Assembly: GCA_964610655.1 (NCBI GenBank)
Contig: CAZSYG010000001.1
Span: forward strand, 1 to 50,462
Source: an uncultured Candidatus Saccharibacteria bacterium
Lineage (GTDB): Bacteria > Patescibacteriota > Saccharimonadia > Saccharimonadales > Saccharimonadaceae
Direction of reading: 5' to 3'
DNA: 50,462 bases
The position numbers were made by a program, and so were the translations under genes. Shown here in pieces: positions 49,127-50,462 of this stretch. The notes beneath the pieces were generated by a model that was not told the DNA's origin, did no database searches, and saw nothing but the letters and a program-made list of their open reading frames with translations. Each line of letters begins with the position of its first letter. Positions within the stretch are counted from its first letter, which is position 1.

Positions 49127-49447
49127 TCATCCCTCCTTAGTCTTGTCGCTTTCCTTTTGGTATTCTTCCTTCCAGAACTGCGAGCTGCTTTCCAGTGCGG
49201 AAAGCTGCCGCATCAACCAGTCAGCAAGGCCGCGGGGAATCGCAATGAGTTCGTCCTGTCGTCTGCGGCTGCTGGCGATGCGCCCGATCCTGGGCGCATG
49301 CCATACCGCCTGTGTGATCTCGAAGATCTCATCGTGATTGAGGTTGCGTTCACCCGGTGGGAAATCGTACCGAGGCTTCTTGTCCTCGGTTATGTAGCGC
49401 TGATGGAGCTGCAAAAGCTCCGCGCCAGCATCAATCGGTTTCTTCAC
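49127..49447 (-). CDS. Hypothetical protein
   Basis: GTG start 9 nt after GAGGAGG; start uncertain. Confidence 0.5.
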   Translation of the reverse strand: MKKPIDAGAELLQLHQRYITEDKKPRYDFPPGERNLNHDEIFEITQAVWHAPRIGRIASSRRRQDELIAIPRGLADWLMRQLSALESSSQFWKEEYQKESDKTKEG

Positions 49448-49655
49448 GGGTCCCATCCTCCTCGTCCTCGATGTTCGCCTCTCCCGTGATAATGAAGTGG
49501 GCATAAGCGCCGTGATTCTTCTTCTCAGCGAGAAAGTTGACCAGCTCGAACAGGCTCAGTCTGTACGCAACGGTCTGCACGCCGTTAATATCGAACATAT
49601 TGACAGCGCCGGTGTCGCGGACTTTGAGAATCTGCTCTCGAACCTTACTCGTCAT
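49431..49655 (-). CDS. DUF5049-like protein
   Basis: VREQILKVRDTGAVNMFD...YAHFIITG. Confidence 0.75.
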   Translation of the reverse strand: MTSKVREQILKVRDTGAVNMFDINGVQTVAYRLSLFELVNFLAEKKNHGAYAHFIITGEANIEDEEDGTREETD

Positions 49656-49899
49656 CGTGGGTTTCCTCCTTTCCAAATTCGGCATCAAGCCAGTCGAGAT
49701 ACTGTTCATCGTTCAGATCGCCGGAATCCATCGTGATCAGGAATGCTCCTGATACGCCATAGGAATCCAGCTTCTCTTCCACCTTCCGCTGGAATTCGAG
49801 TGCCTGCTCTCTGGTTGAGAATAAACTCACCCAAGGCGTGCATTCGGGATCACAGCGGCTGATACAGATAGTCGTAATGCGCGGCGGTTTGTCGGTCAT
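49645..49899 (-). CDS. Hypothetical protein
   Basis: AGGAGG SD and ATGA overlap. Confidence 0.6.
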   Translation of the reverse strand: MTDKPPRITTICISRCDPECTPWVSLFSTREQALEFQRKVEEKLDSYGVSGAFLITMDSGDLNDEQYLDWLDAEFGKEETHDDE

Positions 49900-50267
49900 A
49901 TGGAAACGACCTCCTGTTCGCCCTTGGCATTGATGGCGACGATCCCTTTCGGGGAACGCAGAAACACCTGCGGGTAGTAAAACAGCTTCTCGTACTTATC
50001 GGCCAAATCGTCGGGGAGGTCGGTAAAGTCCTCCGCGCCAAGTCCGCATACAAAAAACGTCCCCGCGATGATGTCTACGTTCGGAATGTAACGGTTCAGG
50101 TCATAGCCCTTGAGCTTACCCTCCTCGTCACACACCAGCGCCACCGGATCGTCATACGGGTATATCGCTTGGATATACCCGCCGACAGTCTGCTGCATCG
50201 CGTCCAATGCGTGCGGAATCTCCGCTCGCCTCGGACGGCGATTGGGTTCAACGATCAGAATCTTCAT
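49896..50267 (-). CDS. DUF3846-like protein
   Basis: MKILIVEP, MQQTVGGYIQ, CDEEGKL, IAGTFFVCG. Confidence 0.8.
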   Translation of the reverse strand: MKILIVEPNRRPRRAEIPHALDAMQQTVGGYIQAIYPYDDPVALVCDEEGKLKGYDLNRYIPNVDIIAGTFFVCGLGAEDFTDLPDDLADKYEKLFYYPQVFLRSPKGIVAINAKGEQEVVSI

Positions 50268-50462
50268 GGGGAATGTCTCCTTTCTCACAGTCAAAGTGGC
50301 TGGGAATCACGCGCTCGTCGTCAGCTTCATTGTGGATATAAACAATGCTCATACCGGCAATGCGCTGTACGGCAATCGTCCAGATCTCTCCGGTCAGCGC
50401 GTGCAGGGCGGTAAGCATACCGTCCAGACGCGCTCGGTAGATCGTCCTGACAGGGTCCTTGG

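Larger units (their letters stand above)
35064..50462 (-). mobile_element. Firmicutes-type integrative element or prophage remnant with tandem serine recombinases and cargo
   Basis: Abrupt change in sequence style, strong GGAGG SD sites, all genes on the minus strand, two serine recombinases and DUF4314/DUF5049/DUF3846-like genes; boundaries uncertain. Confidence 0.75.

Noticed and set aside
149-50462. Search for a DGR reverse transcriptase, Avd or VR-bearing target gene
   Set aside because: By eye, no ORF shows RT motifs (G.PQG/G..IG plus YxDD) or a C-terminus matching the TRs. A very divergent small Avd cannot be excluded without an HMM search.

Overview
Two very different segments. Bases ~1-34,800 are compact housekeeping DNA that looks like Patescibacteria/Saccharibacteria (inferred from gene content and style). 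It carries tRNA-Met, tRNA-Pro and tRNA-Ser, ackA, dnaK and dnaJ with CIRCE sites, ruvB, yebC, rny, tsaB/tsaE, rimK, comEC-recA-recX, tilS, lepA, adk and a type IV pilin. From ~35,000 to the end is a Firmicutes-style mobile element with tandem large serine recombinases, DUF4314/DUF5049/DUF3846-like genes, an AAA_25 ATPase and a 1401-aa STAND NTPase-WD40 protein. The main discovery is two homologous non-coding minus-strand cassettes at ~12,740-13,210 and ~31,720-32,241. Each holds an AAC-rich, 62-codon pseudo-reading frame ending in ...G-x-AVRCVAR-stop, typical of a diversity-generating retroelement (DGR) template repeat for a C-type-lectin/Fib_succ_major-like target. Each has its own -10 element, a covarying structured 5' leader and 3' hairpins. 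No reverse transcriptase, Avd or target gene is visible in the window, so this may be a split, multi-template DGR acting in trans. All alignments and pairings were done by eye.
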